Positions 45,876 through 64,000 of a stretch of 64,000 nt of DNA are shown here, in pieces (within the stretch, counting starts at the first letter, position 1; every line of letters starts with the position of its first letter). A program made the position numbers and the translations under genes. This stretch comes from Eledone cirrhosa (taxonomy: Eukaryota): contig OZ024747.1 of the NCBI GenBank assembly GCA_964016885.1, forward strand, positions 47,244,001-47,308,000, written 5' to 3'. The notes under the pieces are model-generated. The model was given only the letters and a program-made list of their open reading frames with translations, had not been told where the DNA came from and made no database searches.

Positions 45876-45909
<34 letters not shown>

Positions 45910-45968
45910 TATGTATATACACAAATATGTATATACACATATATATATATATATATATATACATACAC

Positions 45969-45999
<31 letters not shown>

Positions 46000-46062
46000 A
46001 ATAAATGTAATAAAAATGTGACACCTCGTCCATATTATTAATATTGTACATATACATATATG

Positions 46063-46106
<44 letters not shown>

Positions 46107-46192
46107 TGTGTGTGTGTGAGTGTATATATATATAAATATGTGTGTGAGTGTGTATATATATATATATATATATATATTAATATATATATATA

Positions 46193-46225
<33 letters not shown>

Positions 46226-46256
46226 ATATATATATATATTTATATATATATATATA

Positions 46257-46425
<169 letters not shown>

Positions 46426-48446
46426 ACAGATTGATAATGTATGTGTATGTGTAAGTGCAGGCACACATATATATATATAAATATTATAAATATATATACT
46501 GTGCATTCACACATACTTGTTTGTACTGGTGTGTGTGCATTGCTAAATTCGATTAGACAATAATACAAATGACGATATTTAACTACGTCCTTTAAGTTCT
46601 GAGTTCAAACATGACCGAGATCAACTTACGGGGTCGATGATAAAATTAAACTAGCAATCAGATTATGAGGTTCATTTAACTGATTGGGGAAAAATGGAAT
46701 GGACATTTGTCGGTTCGACGATGAATGTTCCAGCTCAACGGAACAACCTACTCGTGAAGGTAATGTAGGTATCTAAGAATTTCACAGACACATACACCCT
46801 TCACGTAATTCTCAGTAAGAGTCAGTATGATACAGTATGGAATAAGGTTGAACCATTGAATTGCAGGTACAGTTCATTCGACAGGCTTCCAAACAGGTTC
46901 CGTCAATCCAATTTTACTCTCAAGTTATGAGTCGACCCAAAACTATGGTAAATGACGTCCACGAATTCACGTAGTGGGATCAGCCCCGAGACCTGATGAA
47001 AGCAAAGTGAACTTTTTAACCATTCGGCTATAGTTTGGGAAATGTAAAATTACTACCTTCGAGGGTAGAAGCAGTATGCTCAATTATCGTTGACATCATG
47101 TGGTTTTGGTGACAATGAAATTTATTTTTATAAAAAAATTGATTCTACTGAAAAAGAATTTCAAAATATATATTTTGAATATATATCAGAATAATTAGTT
47201 ATTTGGAGTTATATTATCTATAACTCCAAATTTTTAATGAGTTTTTGATCTATTATTTATAGTATAATATAGCATATATTTCTTTTAAATATACTTACTG
47301 CACTATAAAATCTAAATTTTGAGACGGATTCAAACTTATATATAAATGTGAATTTTTCGCTGTACTTTCGATCTCTTATTTATTTATTTATAATATAATG
47401 TATTATAATATATATGTAGTTATATATTTTTAAATATTTTTAAATATACCTACCACATTTCTATATATATGATTCAAATATAGAGAAAATATCCAAACTA
47501 AAAATTATTATAGACATTATTTTGAACTCTGTATTATCCATGCACTCATTGTTTGTTTTTCTTATATGTATGTATATATATATATTTAAATGTAACACGT
47601 TGATAAGAGTATAACTGTTATCATTTACCTAAAGTATACTACACTAATAATACCTAATATATATCTATATATATATACATCCCTAAAATCTAATAATATG
47701 TTGACATCTTGGTTGAAGAATAATTAGTACATTTACGCTCAGTTATACATATGTATATATTTATCCTTAACATATTATTTTATTTTTATCCTCGTCGTTA
47801 TTATTTACCTTAAACATACTGGCTCATTAATATATACCTATATACATAATAGTTATTTAAATATTTATAACAATAAGTACTTCAAAAGCTTTACATACCT
47901 AATATGTTGGTATATTTGTTAAAGTTTAAATTTAGGTAAATAATCAACAGTATAATATTTCATTCTTTATGTGCCAGCTAAATCCTTTAAATGTTATTCT
48001 CACAATTCAGAAGTTTAGAAATGATAACACACTTATCGAATTTATATAAATAATATATAAATAACTATAATCCTGAAATCTGGAGTCTTCACCCTAATAT
48101 TATAAATTAAATATTTTCAAATCTAACCGTTTAACTTTCGAACCCCCCCCCCCCCACAAACACACACTTTATTTTTCCCTCTTTATAAATCTTTTTCCAG
48201 TGGCTATCACTGGCTGTTATGATTCATGAGACGTTTTCCTAGATATATTGTAGTATCATACACTTTAAAATTTTAGAACACTTACAGTATGCAACGTTTT
48301 TTATTACTCACACATTCTCTAATGAATTTATTACGTTTTCGCATTTTCTCATAGATAGGATATAAGTAAAATTTTCTATCGGGTTAATCACTACCTTGAT
48401 TAAATCTTAACCATTTAACATCTCAGGGTATGTCATGTATCATTAT

Positions 48447-48499
48447 ATTTTGTCTGATGAGGACGTACTGTTGTACATCCGAAATATGTATAATAAAAT
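48447..48499 (+). ncRNA. Type I hammerhead motif
   Basis: AUUUUGU-CUGAUGA-GGAcGUAC uguu GUACaUCC-GAAAUAUGUAUA/AUAAAAU. Confidence 0.75.
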
Positions 48500-49060
48500 G
48501 TAATTGATCAAAAGAACATCTATTTTATTAATATTTATATTTTAATATATATATATAAATACGTCAATATATATATATATAAATATAGGGAGAAAAAGAC
48601 GATTATTAGGAAGAAAAATATTTTTTTTTCCTTTTTATTTTTTTCTCTTTTTTCTGGGTTAGAAAATGTTTAAAACAAAATATTTTACTTTGTGTGAAGC
48701 GTTAAGGTATTAGTTAATTTATTTATTAATTAACAATGGCATTTATTTATTTATTTATATATTTAATAATTGCGGTTTCAGCGTTTTATGCATTATCAAA
48801 GGGGGGAATTTGTATTGGTGTAAAATGTTGGTGATGTTGAACATGTTAAGGAAATGGTGAAGAAATAATAATGTTATTTACAAACAAGGTTTTTGAAGTG
48901 AAAAGAAAAAAGAAAAAAAGGGGGGTAATGTGGAACATGATAAGGTAATGGGAAAGAAAAAATAATATTATTTACAGGCATAGTTCTTGAAGATAAGCAG
49001 TTCAAAATGTGTTATTATGGCAAGATTGCTTAGTTGATCCATGATGGAAGCAAATAGTAG

Positions 49061-49099
<39 letters not shown>

Positions 49100-49763
49100 T
49101 ACGTCAATATATATACATATATATATCTCTATATATATATATGTGTGTGTGTGTGTATTAATACGTCAATATATATATATATATGAGTTTGTGTGAGTGC
49201 ATGTGTAGAGATAGAGAGATGGGGGTGGGGGTCAAGAAGAAAGCAAAGCATATCACAAAATAAAAGATGTCAGATAGCAGTAGATAGTTTTAGCGTTTTC
49301 CTGAATTAGTAAAGTGATTTTGTACTTTGATGCGCGACCTCAGAGATCTTCCGTTATTTAAAGAAGCCATATCAACACATTTGATATGTTTGACAGAGGT
49401 CCATTGGCGGAGCTAAAATAAAGAACAATTGATCGGGTTCAGTAATGGTTTACAGAAACAACCACCAAAAAAGAAAATGCAATAAGAGGGAAAAAGCTAG
49501 ATTGATAGAAAGTATAAAGATATATTTAGGAATGTATTCCATTGCTATTACAATGATTACATACATGTGTTGTCATTTGATGGCTGAAAGGAGGAGAGTT
49601 ACAAGTATATTTGGCATGACATTGGAAGTAGTTTCGATAATTGTGAGGAGAGGGTCGCATATTCTATTGTTTTATAATATTAACTTTATAAACTAACTGT
49701 CAGGCGCGTGAACTGCATTCTTCCAGTATGTGTATATAATGGTGCTTTGCAACGTATAAACTA

Positions 49764-49864
<101 letters not shown>

Positions 49865-49881
49865 TATATATATACATATAC

Positions 49882-49950
<69 letters not shown>

Positions 49951-50040
49951 TATACATATATATATATATGTATATGTATGCATATATATATAGACATAGA
50001 TATATATGTATATATATATTACATAGATATATATACATAG

Positions 50041-53344
<3,304 letters not shown>

Positions 53345-53389
53345 GATATATATATATACATAGATATATAGATATATATATACACACAG

Positions 53390-53437
<48 letters not shown>

Positions 53438-53518
53438 TATATGCATATGTATATAAATATATATATAAATAATTAGTATATCTACTAACATATATATACA
53501 GATGCATACCTATGTTAC

Positions 53519-53593
<75 letters not shown>

Positions 53594-53761
53594 ATGTAAA
53601 AAACATACGTGCGTACTCAGTCTGCTAATACGGTTCTATGCGTAAACATACACACGAACACAAATATAAATATATAAAGATGGTTACATCTAAATATATA
53701 TGTATATCGCTACACAGACGCATATATATATTTCAACAATTGAAGAGGCGTATACACACAC

Positions 53762-53842
<81 letters not shown>

Positions 53843-54059
53843 TACATATATATATATATATACATACATACATATATATATATACACACATACATATATG
53901 TGTTTGTGTGTACGCTTGTTCATTTATGCTTAAATATATGCATTTGTGTGGGGATATATTTATATATTTAGATGTAACCATCTTTATATATGTATATTTG
54001 TGTTCGTGTGTATGTTTAACTGTATGTTTATATAGACAGACGGACATATTATTATTATT

Positions 54060-54480
54060 AAAATCGAATACCGACCCAGTGGGGGTTACTACTACTTTAT
54101 TTTATCGACCTCCGCGAGGATGAAAGGTTACGTTAATCCCGCTTATTTTAGCTTTGCCTTTCGTCTTTAAAGGGTTGGTAAAATAGAATACCAGCAACGC
54201 ACTGGTGTCGATTCAATACGCACTCCCTACCACAAAATTGTTAGCCTTGTACCTAAATCAGGAACCACTCTTTAAGTTCGGTGGATTGGCAGTATCTATC
54301 GAACATTCTTTGCAGCATATAGTCATGTAGCATACGTTCTGAGTTCAAATCTTGCCGAATTTAGCTTTGCTTTTCATACTTACAGGTCGATAAAATACAG
54401 TACCTGTAATGCGTTGGGGTTGATTTAATCCATCCGACCCTAAGATTGTTGGCCTTGTGCCTAAATCAGAAAACATTATT
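54060..54480. mobile_element. Cluster of diverged SINE family A copies
   Basis: Sequence match, e.g. 54279-54480(+). Confidence 0.7.
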
Positions 54481-54705
54481 ACACTAGTTTGATTCAGGCG
54501 TGTTTGAGTCAGCTGCTGTAAATTTGATATTTTTCAGCAGTTTTTAGAACCCGTTTAGCTTACATTTTGTGTTACAAAGTGTAAATAGGGTACCGTACAT
54601 GGCTCTCAGAAAAGGGGATCAACAATATTTGAGCCTAGGCCCCAAATAGTACAATTTTGAAAATATTACACCAACAAAATTATTTTCCATCCCACTCTAT
54701 ATCAA

Positions 54706-56265
54706 CCAACAATACCACCACTACAGAAACAACCACCAATACTACCACCAATACCACCAATACAGAAACAACCACCAATACTACCACTAATACCACCACT
54801 ACAGAAACAACCAGCAATACCACCACCAATACCACCACTACAGAAACAACCAGCAATACTACCACCAATACCACCACTACAGAAACAACCACCAATACTA
54901 CCACCAATACCACCACTACAGAAACAACCAGCAATACCACCACCAATACCACCACTACAGAAACAACCACCAATACTACCACCAATACCACCACTACAGA
55001 AACAACCACCAATACCACACCAATACCACCGCTACAGAAATAACCACCAATACTACCACCAATACCACCACTACAGAAACAACCACCAATACCACCACCA
55101 ATACCACCACTACAGAAACAACCACCAATACCACCACCAATACCACCACTACAGAAACAACCACCAATACCACCACCAATACCACCACTACAGAAACAAC
55201 CACCAATACCACCACCAATACCACCACTACAGAAACAACCACCAATACCACCACCAATACCACCACTACAGAAACAACCACCAATACCACCACCAATACC
55301 ACCACCAATACCACCACTACAGAAACAACCACCAATACCACCACCAATACCACCACTACAGAAACAACCACCAATACCACCACCAATACCACCACCAATA
55401 CCACCACTACAGAAACAACCACCAATACCACCACCAATACCACCACCAATACCACCACTACAGAAACAACCACCAATACCACCACCAATACCACCACTAC
55501 AGAAACAACCACCAATACCACCACCAATACCACCACCAATACCACCACTACAGAAACAACCACCAATACCACCACCAATACCACCACTACAGAAACAACC
55601 ACCAATACCACCACCAATACCACCACTACAGAAACAACCAGCAATACCACCACCAATACCACCACTACAGAAACAACCACCAATACCACCACCAATACCA
55701 CCACTACAGAAACAACCACCAATACCACCAGCAATACCACCACTACAGAAACAACCAGCAATACTACCACCAATACCACCATTACAGAAACAACCAGCAA
55801 TACCACCACCAATACCACCACTACAGAAACCACCACCAATACCACCACTACAGAAACAACCACCAATACCACCACCAATACCACCACCAATACCACCACT
55901 ACAGAAACAACCACCAATACCACCACCAATACCACCACCAATACCACCACTACAGAAACAACCACCAATACCACCACCAATACCTCCACTACAGAAACAA
56001 CCAGCTATACCACCACCAATACCACCACTACAGAAACAACCACCAATACCACCACCAATACCACCACTACAGAAACCACCACCAATACCACCACTACAGA
56101 AACAACCACCAATACCACCACCAATACCTCCACTACAGAAACAACCAGCTATACCACCACCAATACCACCACTACAGAAACAACCACCAATACCACCACC
56201 AATACCACCACCAATACCTCCACTACAGAAACAACCAACAATATCTCCACTACAGAAACAACTAA
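54706..56265 (+). repeat. Thr-coding minisatellite built of 12/27/39-bp modules (AATACCACCACTACAGAAACAACCACC)
   Basis: Direct reading. Confidence 0.95.
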
Positions 56266-57125
56266 TAATGTTACCACCGTCATTTCCAACAATGAAAAGG
56301 CCGCTAGTTAACTAACAAGCCATCCAAACTGCCAAGTAATAAATGACACGGTTCCGATGAAAACGGAAGCCGTGACCAACAAAATAAAAAGCACTGCCCC
56401 TTCTTTCGCACTGCTAACTAAAAATGTTGAAAAACTAATCCTCCAAGAGGAACAATTTAAATGAGACAAAGAAGATGGTAGAAAAGGGGTTTCATAGGGT
56501 ACTCCTCAAACCTCCACCCGATGAGATGGAAAACTAGCTTCGTTGTAGGGTAATACACCATACAATTAGAGTTAAAACATGTCGTCTGGTGTGGGCCACC
56601 GAGGCCCAAATCCCAAACGCTTTGGGAAGATCAACAAAGCTGCCGGTGGTCTCAATGACCTCACCAACATCAACCCCACGCCAAAAATAGCAGCAATAGC
56701 ACCAGGAATAACAGAGCCTGTTAGAAAATCATGACCAGCACTGCCATCAACAACAACACCTACACCCGTGGATGGAAGACATGCCCCTCGCCGACGTCCA
56801 GCAGTTGGGTGGATTGTGGCGGGGAGGGGTGGGGTAGGAATGGCAAGCCGTCAGCCACAAGAAAAAACATCTCCGTCTTCACCCTCAAAGGCTAAAGCGA
56901 TGAGACAAATAATGCCGACACACACACCACCTTCACCATCACAACGGCACCAACAACATCTCCAACACAATCCAACCAGCACCCGCAATAACAATAAACG
57001 CAAAACCAAGAAAGAAACAAAAAACATAAATACAGCCATAAATACAGATAACGAGAAATTAATGCACCACATGATGCAGAACACTACAATAGAAACTGAT
57101 TACGTCACACACACACACAAGATTT

Positions 57126-57632
57126 CACTAACCACATATATACAGATCAAACATATCACACAAGTAACATACACTAAATTAAAAGAAAATTCCCCCAATG
57201 CAAATCGGAACTTCCGGGCCACATAATCAAAACGGATATAATCCGACATCCTTGTGGCGGTACCTTCAACTGGCCGGAACGAGTGACCATCATACACTAA
57301 CCACATATATACAGATCAAACATATCACACAAGTAACATACACTAAATTAAAAGAAAATTCCCCCAATGCAAATCGGAACTTCCGGGCCACATAATCAAA
57401 ACGGATATAATCCGACATCCTTGTGGCGGTACCTTCAACTGGCCGGAACGAGTGACCATCATACACTAACCACATATATACAGATCAAACATATCACACA
57501 AGTAACATACACTAAATTAAAAGAAAATTCCCCCAATGCAAATCGGAAACTTCCAGGCCACATAATCAAAACGGATATAATCCGTCATCCTTGTGGCGGT
57601 ACCTTCAACTCGCCGGAACGAGTGACCATCAT
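57126..57632 (+). repeat. 169-bp tandem triplication within the LINE
   Basis: Unit starts at 57126, 57295, 57464. Confidence 0.95.
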
Positions 57633-58005
57633 CCCTCCCTCTATACGATCAAGGTACGTAACTGTTTCTCACTTTTCTTCCTTTGTCTAACATTGCCTTA
57701 CTCAGAATAAGCAGCATAAATGCACGTGGTCAGCGGAGTTTTGAAAGCAAGAATATCTGCTCAACGACTTCAGTTCGCGGAACATTTCAACGATATCACA
57801 ATAACATGACCTGCGAAATGGGTCGAGGTAACATATAGGAGAAAACGACAATGTTGTTCTGATATTTCAAAAAATAAATGTAATGGAAAACAGGATATAA
57901 TATATATACATATATATGTATATATATATATATATGTGTGTGTGTATAAATATATATATATATATAAATCTGTGTATATATATATGTGTGTATATATATA
58001 TATAA

Positions 58006-58076
<71 letters not shown>

Positions 58077-58124
58077 TGTGTGTGTGTATATATATGTAAA
58101 TATATATGTGTGTGTATATATATA

Positions 58125-58198
<74 letters not shown>

Positions 58199-58333
58199 GT
58201 ATAATAAACAATACAATATAATTACCTCATTACCAGAGGTTTCCCGAATAAGACGAATACATTAAATTTAGCTCTGTAATTTACATAGAGCACTCTTCAC
58301 TCCTATGACTTTTTCAATTGTCAACGGAAACTT

Positions 58334-58390
<57 letters not shown>

Positions 58391-58617
58391 AATTAAATAC
58401 AAGAAAGTAGTACAGCATAATCGAAGCTCTGGTTGCGGGCAAGCTAACGAATGCTGTCGGGAAGTGCAGCCAAAAGCACTCAATAAGGAATTTTACCTTA
58501 GAGTTATAACATTATGTTTAGACAGCTATGCAAATTGAAGCCAGCGACCAAAATGCGAGCCGCTAGGACCAGAACAACGAAAAAGACCGACTCAGGGAAA
58601 AGTTCTACATAAATATA

Positions 58618-58650
<33 letters not shown>

Positions 58651-58838
58651 GATGAAGGACTAACTTTATTCATATGTAACCCATTAGCAACCTGCAGCAC
58701 GTTTTTCTCATATTTACACATATTTTTCCCCGCTGTTACACGTCTATTTCGTTCTTACTGCCAACCGGAGGTATATGGTCTTTAAAGCGATGAAATACCA
58801 ATGATGGTTGGAAGATCACTGATGAAGGACTTACTTTA

Positions 58839-58890
<52 letters not shown>

Positions 58891-58927
58891 ATTAATAAAT
58901 GGAAACTATATTTATAAAACCATATTT

Positions 58928-58990
58928 ATTTCATTATATATATTTCAAGGATACCAAGTTAAATCATGGTATGCCTTCATCAGACAAAAT
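58928..58990 (-). ncRNA. Type I hammerhead motif
   Basis: AUUUUGU-CUGAUGA-AGGcAUACCA..UGGUAUCCUu-GAAAUAUAUAUA/AUGAAAU. Confidence 0.7.
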
Positions 58991-59187
58991 ACAATATATA
59001 ACAGTTTTACAAATAGATATTGACGTACCCTTTCAAAAAGGTGACCGTTGTTTTTGGAGGCCATCCGGATAGTGGTTTGTTTACTTTAGTAAGTCATAGT
59101 GTTAAGAGTAAGTAAAAAAAATGGAGAGATAGAGAAAAACGTGGAGAAAAAGAGAAAGGGAAAGATAGATAAAGAAAAAGAAGAAAG

Positions 59188-59242
<55 letters not shown>

Positions 59243-59313
59243 ATGTATATGTGTATATATGTATGTGTGTATATATATATAAATATATATATGTGTGTGT
59301 GTGTATATATATA

Positions 59314-59832
59314 TCAGGTCGCTCTCGAGAGTTATTGATAACATGTAACCCAGTACAACCTGTCTCATGGTCGGGTCTTCGGCAACTAAACCGGCAACCC
59401 CGCCAAGCTTGCTTGGTGAGGAGGGTGATATTTGGACACCCTGCGGGATGAAATATAAGACCCGGCAGAGGGCGGAGAAACTCAGCAGAGTCAACGGCCA
59501 TCCAAATAGTACTTTCCTTTTTGTTTTACCTGGGAGTAAAAGGCCTCCTGCTGTTGTCACAACACCTTTCTAAGAGAGGGAAACTCTGAAAAAATTCCTG
59601 CGTCTTCGGAAGCATCCGATGATGTTGACCAGTTCTCCTTTTCGGATAGTGTTTTCGATGCTCAGAGAGTTGGATTGGTCAAGTGCAAGGCCTTTCCCCA
59701 CTTAAAAAACCTTCAAAGCATTGTTTGTTCGGGATATGTTACAGGTTCCTGTGGCTGACCGTAGCCTAAAAGTGCACCATTTTCTGTAATCTGACAAGCG
59801 ATTGCAATTCTCTTAGCAGAGGTTGCAACCAT
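59314..59832 (+). mobile_element. Full-length diverged copy of the (ATGT)n-tailed element
   Basis: Same 5' start TCAGGTC and 3' GTTGCAACCAT end as the 25235-26731 copies. Confidence 0.65.
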
Positions 59833-59901
59833 TATATATCTATGTATTTATGTATCTCTCTCTCTCTCTCTGTCTCTTACTCTCCTTGTATCTTTTATCT
59901 A

Positions 59902-60028
<127 letters not shown>

Positions 60029-60428
60029 GGTGTCCCTATAAATATGTACACACTTCAACTGCATTCGAATAAATATATAGATATTGCCTGTTCAGCTAAT
60101 CAAAGTGGGTACACATATATTTTAGGACATCCGGATCTAGCTGTCGAAACGGGTGGAGTCAGCCGTCGGGGTCCTGAATCTTTTCATATATATATATATA
60201 TATATATGAGAGTATTGAAGTTTGCGTTTGCTTGAAGCATTGTGGAATAAAAAGGTATATTTCTTTAGGTCGTTTTGGAAGCCTCAACAATGCAGGTGGG
60301 TAAATCTCCGGGTAACAAGATCCGGTGGTGGAGAGAGAGATGTGTAGCGTGTAGAAGAATGTAGGAAAGAGCGTTTACCCACCTGCATTGTTGAGGCTTC
60401 CATAACGACCTAAAGAAATATACCTATA

Positions 60429-60553
<125 letters not shown>

Positions 60554-60950
60554 AATAATTATAAATGTGAAGAGAAAATAGAAAAAATATACCTAGTTTT
60601 GTCTTCAAAATCCCGACGAGTGGTATGCAGCCAGAGTGCAACTAAAGTGCACTGCGGCCGTGAGACTATCAGCTTTTCAAGAGAACCCTCAATGTAGGGA
60701 CAAATTCTTGACTTGAACTGACCGCTGCAAGTGATAAAATTTTCAGGTATATTTTTCGTCCTGTATATATGGATATATGAACATATATATGTATTTGTTT
60801 GTGTGGAAACTCATAAATAAATAAATGTGCAAAAATACATATATATACATATACACATACATACAAACATACATACATACATACATACATATTGCACGCG
60901 GTTTAAACATATCTGTAAGTGTGAATATATAAATCTCTCTCTCTCTCTCG

Positions 60951-60994
<44 letters not shown>

Positions 60995-61688
60995 GTATGT
61001 GTTCGTGCGTGTGTGTGTGTATGTGTGTGTGTGTGTGTGCGTGTGTGTGTGAAAAGACGGTTACTCTGTATCAATGACAAACGAATAAGACGTTGTCAAC
61101 TATATGTCGAAAACTGTCGAACCGATAGTGACAGACCTTGTAAATAACTGTCATATCAACATGAGAGTTTTTCTCTTCAAATTTACTTTCTATACCTGAA
61201 AACAATCGCGACATTCAAGATCTACTCTCCCTCTTAGAATATTTTACTTAATTATGCCATTCTCCATATCTACCTTCGTGTATATATATATATATATATA
61301 TGTAAGAATATTTGCGAGACAGCGAGCGAGTTTGAAATTATAAATGTAAGCTATCGCCGTATTTTGACTAAAGAAATTAAAGAAAATTATTTAGCCTGAT
61401 AGTGGGGTTAAGAACCCTCGGAGAAATTGAAAAAGATGAGTATTGACGGTCATGTACGTCAATACTCATCTTTTTCCATTTATTGTAAGGTTTTTAACCC
61501 CACTATCAGGCTAAATAATTTTCTTTAATTTCTTTAGTCAAAATACGGGGATAGCTTACATATATATTTGAATAAAGTTAGTCCTTCATCAGTGATCTTC
61601 CAACCTTCATTGGTATTTCATCGCTTTAAAGACCATATACCTCCGGTTGGTGCGAGCAATGACTAAAGAAAGTCGTTGGGACGCGTAA

Positions 61689-61817
<129 letters not shown>

Positions 61818-61899
61818 GGAAAATTTGAACAGGAACAAAACAGAGATGCAGTACAACGAATGTTTATTAATTTCACGCTCTGGAGAGTGGGGTGGTGGT

Positions 61900-61939
<40 letters not shown>

Positions 61940-61972
61940 AGATCAAAAGATGGTTAAAGGAGTTCCATGTAT

Positions 61973-62037
61973 TTTATTATGCGCATTTCAAAAACAAACA
62001 TCATCATGCAATAATATTTGTGTTTTCATCAGATAAA
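61973..62037 (-). ncRNA. Type I hammerhead motif
   Basis: UUUAU-CUGAUGA-long AU-rich stem II-GAAAUGCGCAUA/AUAAA. Confidence 0.7.
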
Positions 62038-62891
62038 ACAGGAGAACATGATATGAAGGCTAAAAAACACTTGTGGATAGTGCAGTTTTAAATCTACATA
62101 TGAAAAGTGGTTTTAGATTGATGTGTGATATTGGGAAAAATATTTTATTTAGAGAGGGGGGGGGGAAAGGGGGAGGAGATGAGAGGGAGAGATGGGTGAT
62201 AGAGAGAAAGAGATAGCTTTTATAACTGAGAGGAGATATACTGTCCCACACAGAGAGGTTGAAAACCGTTGGAAGATAATGTATAAACCCCCAAAAAAAT
62301 TTTTTGAAAATCAACGAAAGGAGGATATGTGCGAGGAAAAAGTATTTTATTTAAGGAGGGGGGGGCTGGAAAGGATGAAAAAAAGGGGGAGGAGATGAGA
62401 GTGAAGGTGGAGAGGGAGAGATGGGCGATAGAGAGAAAGAGATAGTTTTTATAACTGAGAGAAAGATACATTGTCTTACACAGAGAGGTTGAGAAACCGT
62501 TGGAAGATAATGTATAAATTAAAGGAATTTGAAAATTAACGAAGGGAATTTATGTATGAAGATAGAGAGAAGAAATAATAATTGTGGATGAATATTCTAA
62601 CGTCAAAAAAAGGTATGTTGTGGCAATTTCAAAATTAACGAAGAGAAAAATTATTAAGGTTTGTGTGTAGAAGGATTTGAGAAAAATAATGTGAAGTTAA
62701 AGTTTGTATATTGGAGGAATTGATAATATATGCGAATAGAGTTAATATGTATTAAGAATGAGTTCGTTGATGGGGAGAAAAAAAAAAAAAATTAAGGATG
62801 AAATTGAGATTAAAAAGATTTATGAGAGAGAGAAAAAAATAATGATTGCGGATAAATATTCTAACGTCAAAAAAAAAAATATATATATATA

Positions 62892-62946
<55 letters not shown>

Positions 62947-63290
62947 GGGGTAACAAATAATAGTTATATGCAGTCCACTTAGGTGTAGTCCAGTTATGGT
63001 ACTCCGGGTAGTGGATGATATCAACGCTTGGATGATATCAACGCTTGATGATATCAACTGATTATAATTTTGTATTGGCGATCGAGTAACGTGAAAACAA
63101 GCGAATAGCGATCTCTAGACCTACCAGTTCAGAGAAACAATTGTCAGCAATGAGATTAAAAACCTTTTTTGTATAGCAAACTATGTCAATCTTCTTTCCT
63201 GATTTATATATATATATATATATATTATGTGAGTGTATAAAGATATATACATGTATTATATGTGAGTGCATATAAATATATATTATGTGC

Positions 63291-63342
<52 letters not shown>

Positions 63343-63352
63343 TGTGTGTGTG

Positions 63353-63425
<73 letters not shown>

Positions 63426-63579
63426 ATATATATATATATTAGATAAGGTGTGGTAAAATACCAGGTGGACCATAACCCCCCAGAGTACTCGATACTTGTG
63501 GTAGTAGAGTGAGTAATATAAAAATATTCAGGACCACCCCGACGGCTGAGCTCCGGCTGTTTCGACAGCTAGATCCGCC

Positions 63580-63611
<32 letters not shown>

Positions 63612-63629
63612 CTATATAAATTATTAACA

Positions 63630-63690
63630 CAGATTAAAAGCTTAAGCAAAGAATTTCTGCTTTCATTCTAAAGTATGAGACTTCTGAATT
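63630..63690 (-). ncRNA. Diverged relative of the 4402 variant hammerhead (core CAGAAGU)
   Basis: CAGAAGU...GAAAGCAGaaAUUCUUUGCUUAAGCU. Confidence 0.4.
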
Positions 63691-63934
63691 CATATTAGAA
63701 TCTCTTCGTTTGTTTTGGATGTTGGGTGAGGTTTAATTACAATTCAGTAAAGAGACGACTTCTTTTTTCAATAGTATTGTGTGTTCCTCTTCAGTTATAT
63801 GGCTTTAACTTGTCTCTATAACCTTTTATAAATTAGAGAAGAGTGGTGTGGGTCAAACTGGTGTCTGACCCAACGAAAGGTATGAACTGAAACATAGGGC
63901 ATTGATTCCCAACAAAATAATTCCCAACAAAATA

Positions 63935-64000
63935 ATTGTTTCTATGTTAGGCACAAGGCCAGCAATTACTCCAGTGCATTACTGGTACTTTATTTTATCG
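63935..64000 (-). mobile_element. SINE family A 3' end (runs off the window)
   Basis: Sequence match to family A. Confidence 0.75.

Larger units (their letters stand above)
54660..57787 (+). mobile_element. Degenerate 5' part of the same Tx1/L1 family as 1-2830
   Basis: PSFALLTKNVEKLI ~ TSFAGVARNIETVL; LLKPPPD ~ SLKPPPD; TAINTDNEKLMHH ~ RAINMANNELIQH; 57647-57787 aligns with 626-770. Confidence 0.75.

Noticed and set aside
54657-56300. Mucin-like Thr-rich gene or poly-Val membrane protein
   Set aside because: No signal peptide, contains a frameshift and stop, and is contiguous with LINE ORF1 homology
58775-58835. Permuted (type II) hammerhead GAAAUACCAA...CUGAUGAAGGAC, also at 39915 and 61580
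   Set aside because: No stem I hairpin or correctly placed NUH site between GAAA and CUGAUGA, and no GAAA after a stem II

Overview
Eukaryotic, very AT-rich DNA with essentially no genes, saturated with microsatellites ((TA)n, (CA)n, (CATA)n, (GA)n) and transposon relics. The tRNA-derived SINE repertoire plus Tx1/L1, RTE, Dong/R4, Penelope-like and Helitron fragments looks like an octopus (coleoid cephalopod) genome; this is inferred, not proven. No intact host gene is supportable, only one weak candidate exon, and almost all listed ORFs are microsatellite artefacts. The main signal is non-coding. About ten distinct families of type I hammerhead ribozyme (HHR) motifs lie in short elements embedded in (TA)n tracts. 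The most striking is a near-identical 5-copy tandem array of a ~557-bp unit (50373-53227) with one HHR per unit and an inverted leader, i.e. a retrozyme/Penelope-LTR-like cassette predicted to release ~557-nt monomers or circles. A Naiad-type Penelope RT/GIY-YIG element (4376-6860) carries a non-canonical HHR core and a templated insertion at its inversion junction. Fold-back (snap-back) structures recur throughout. All RNA folds were read by eye, not computed.
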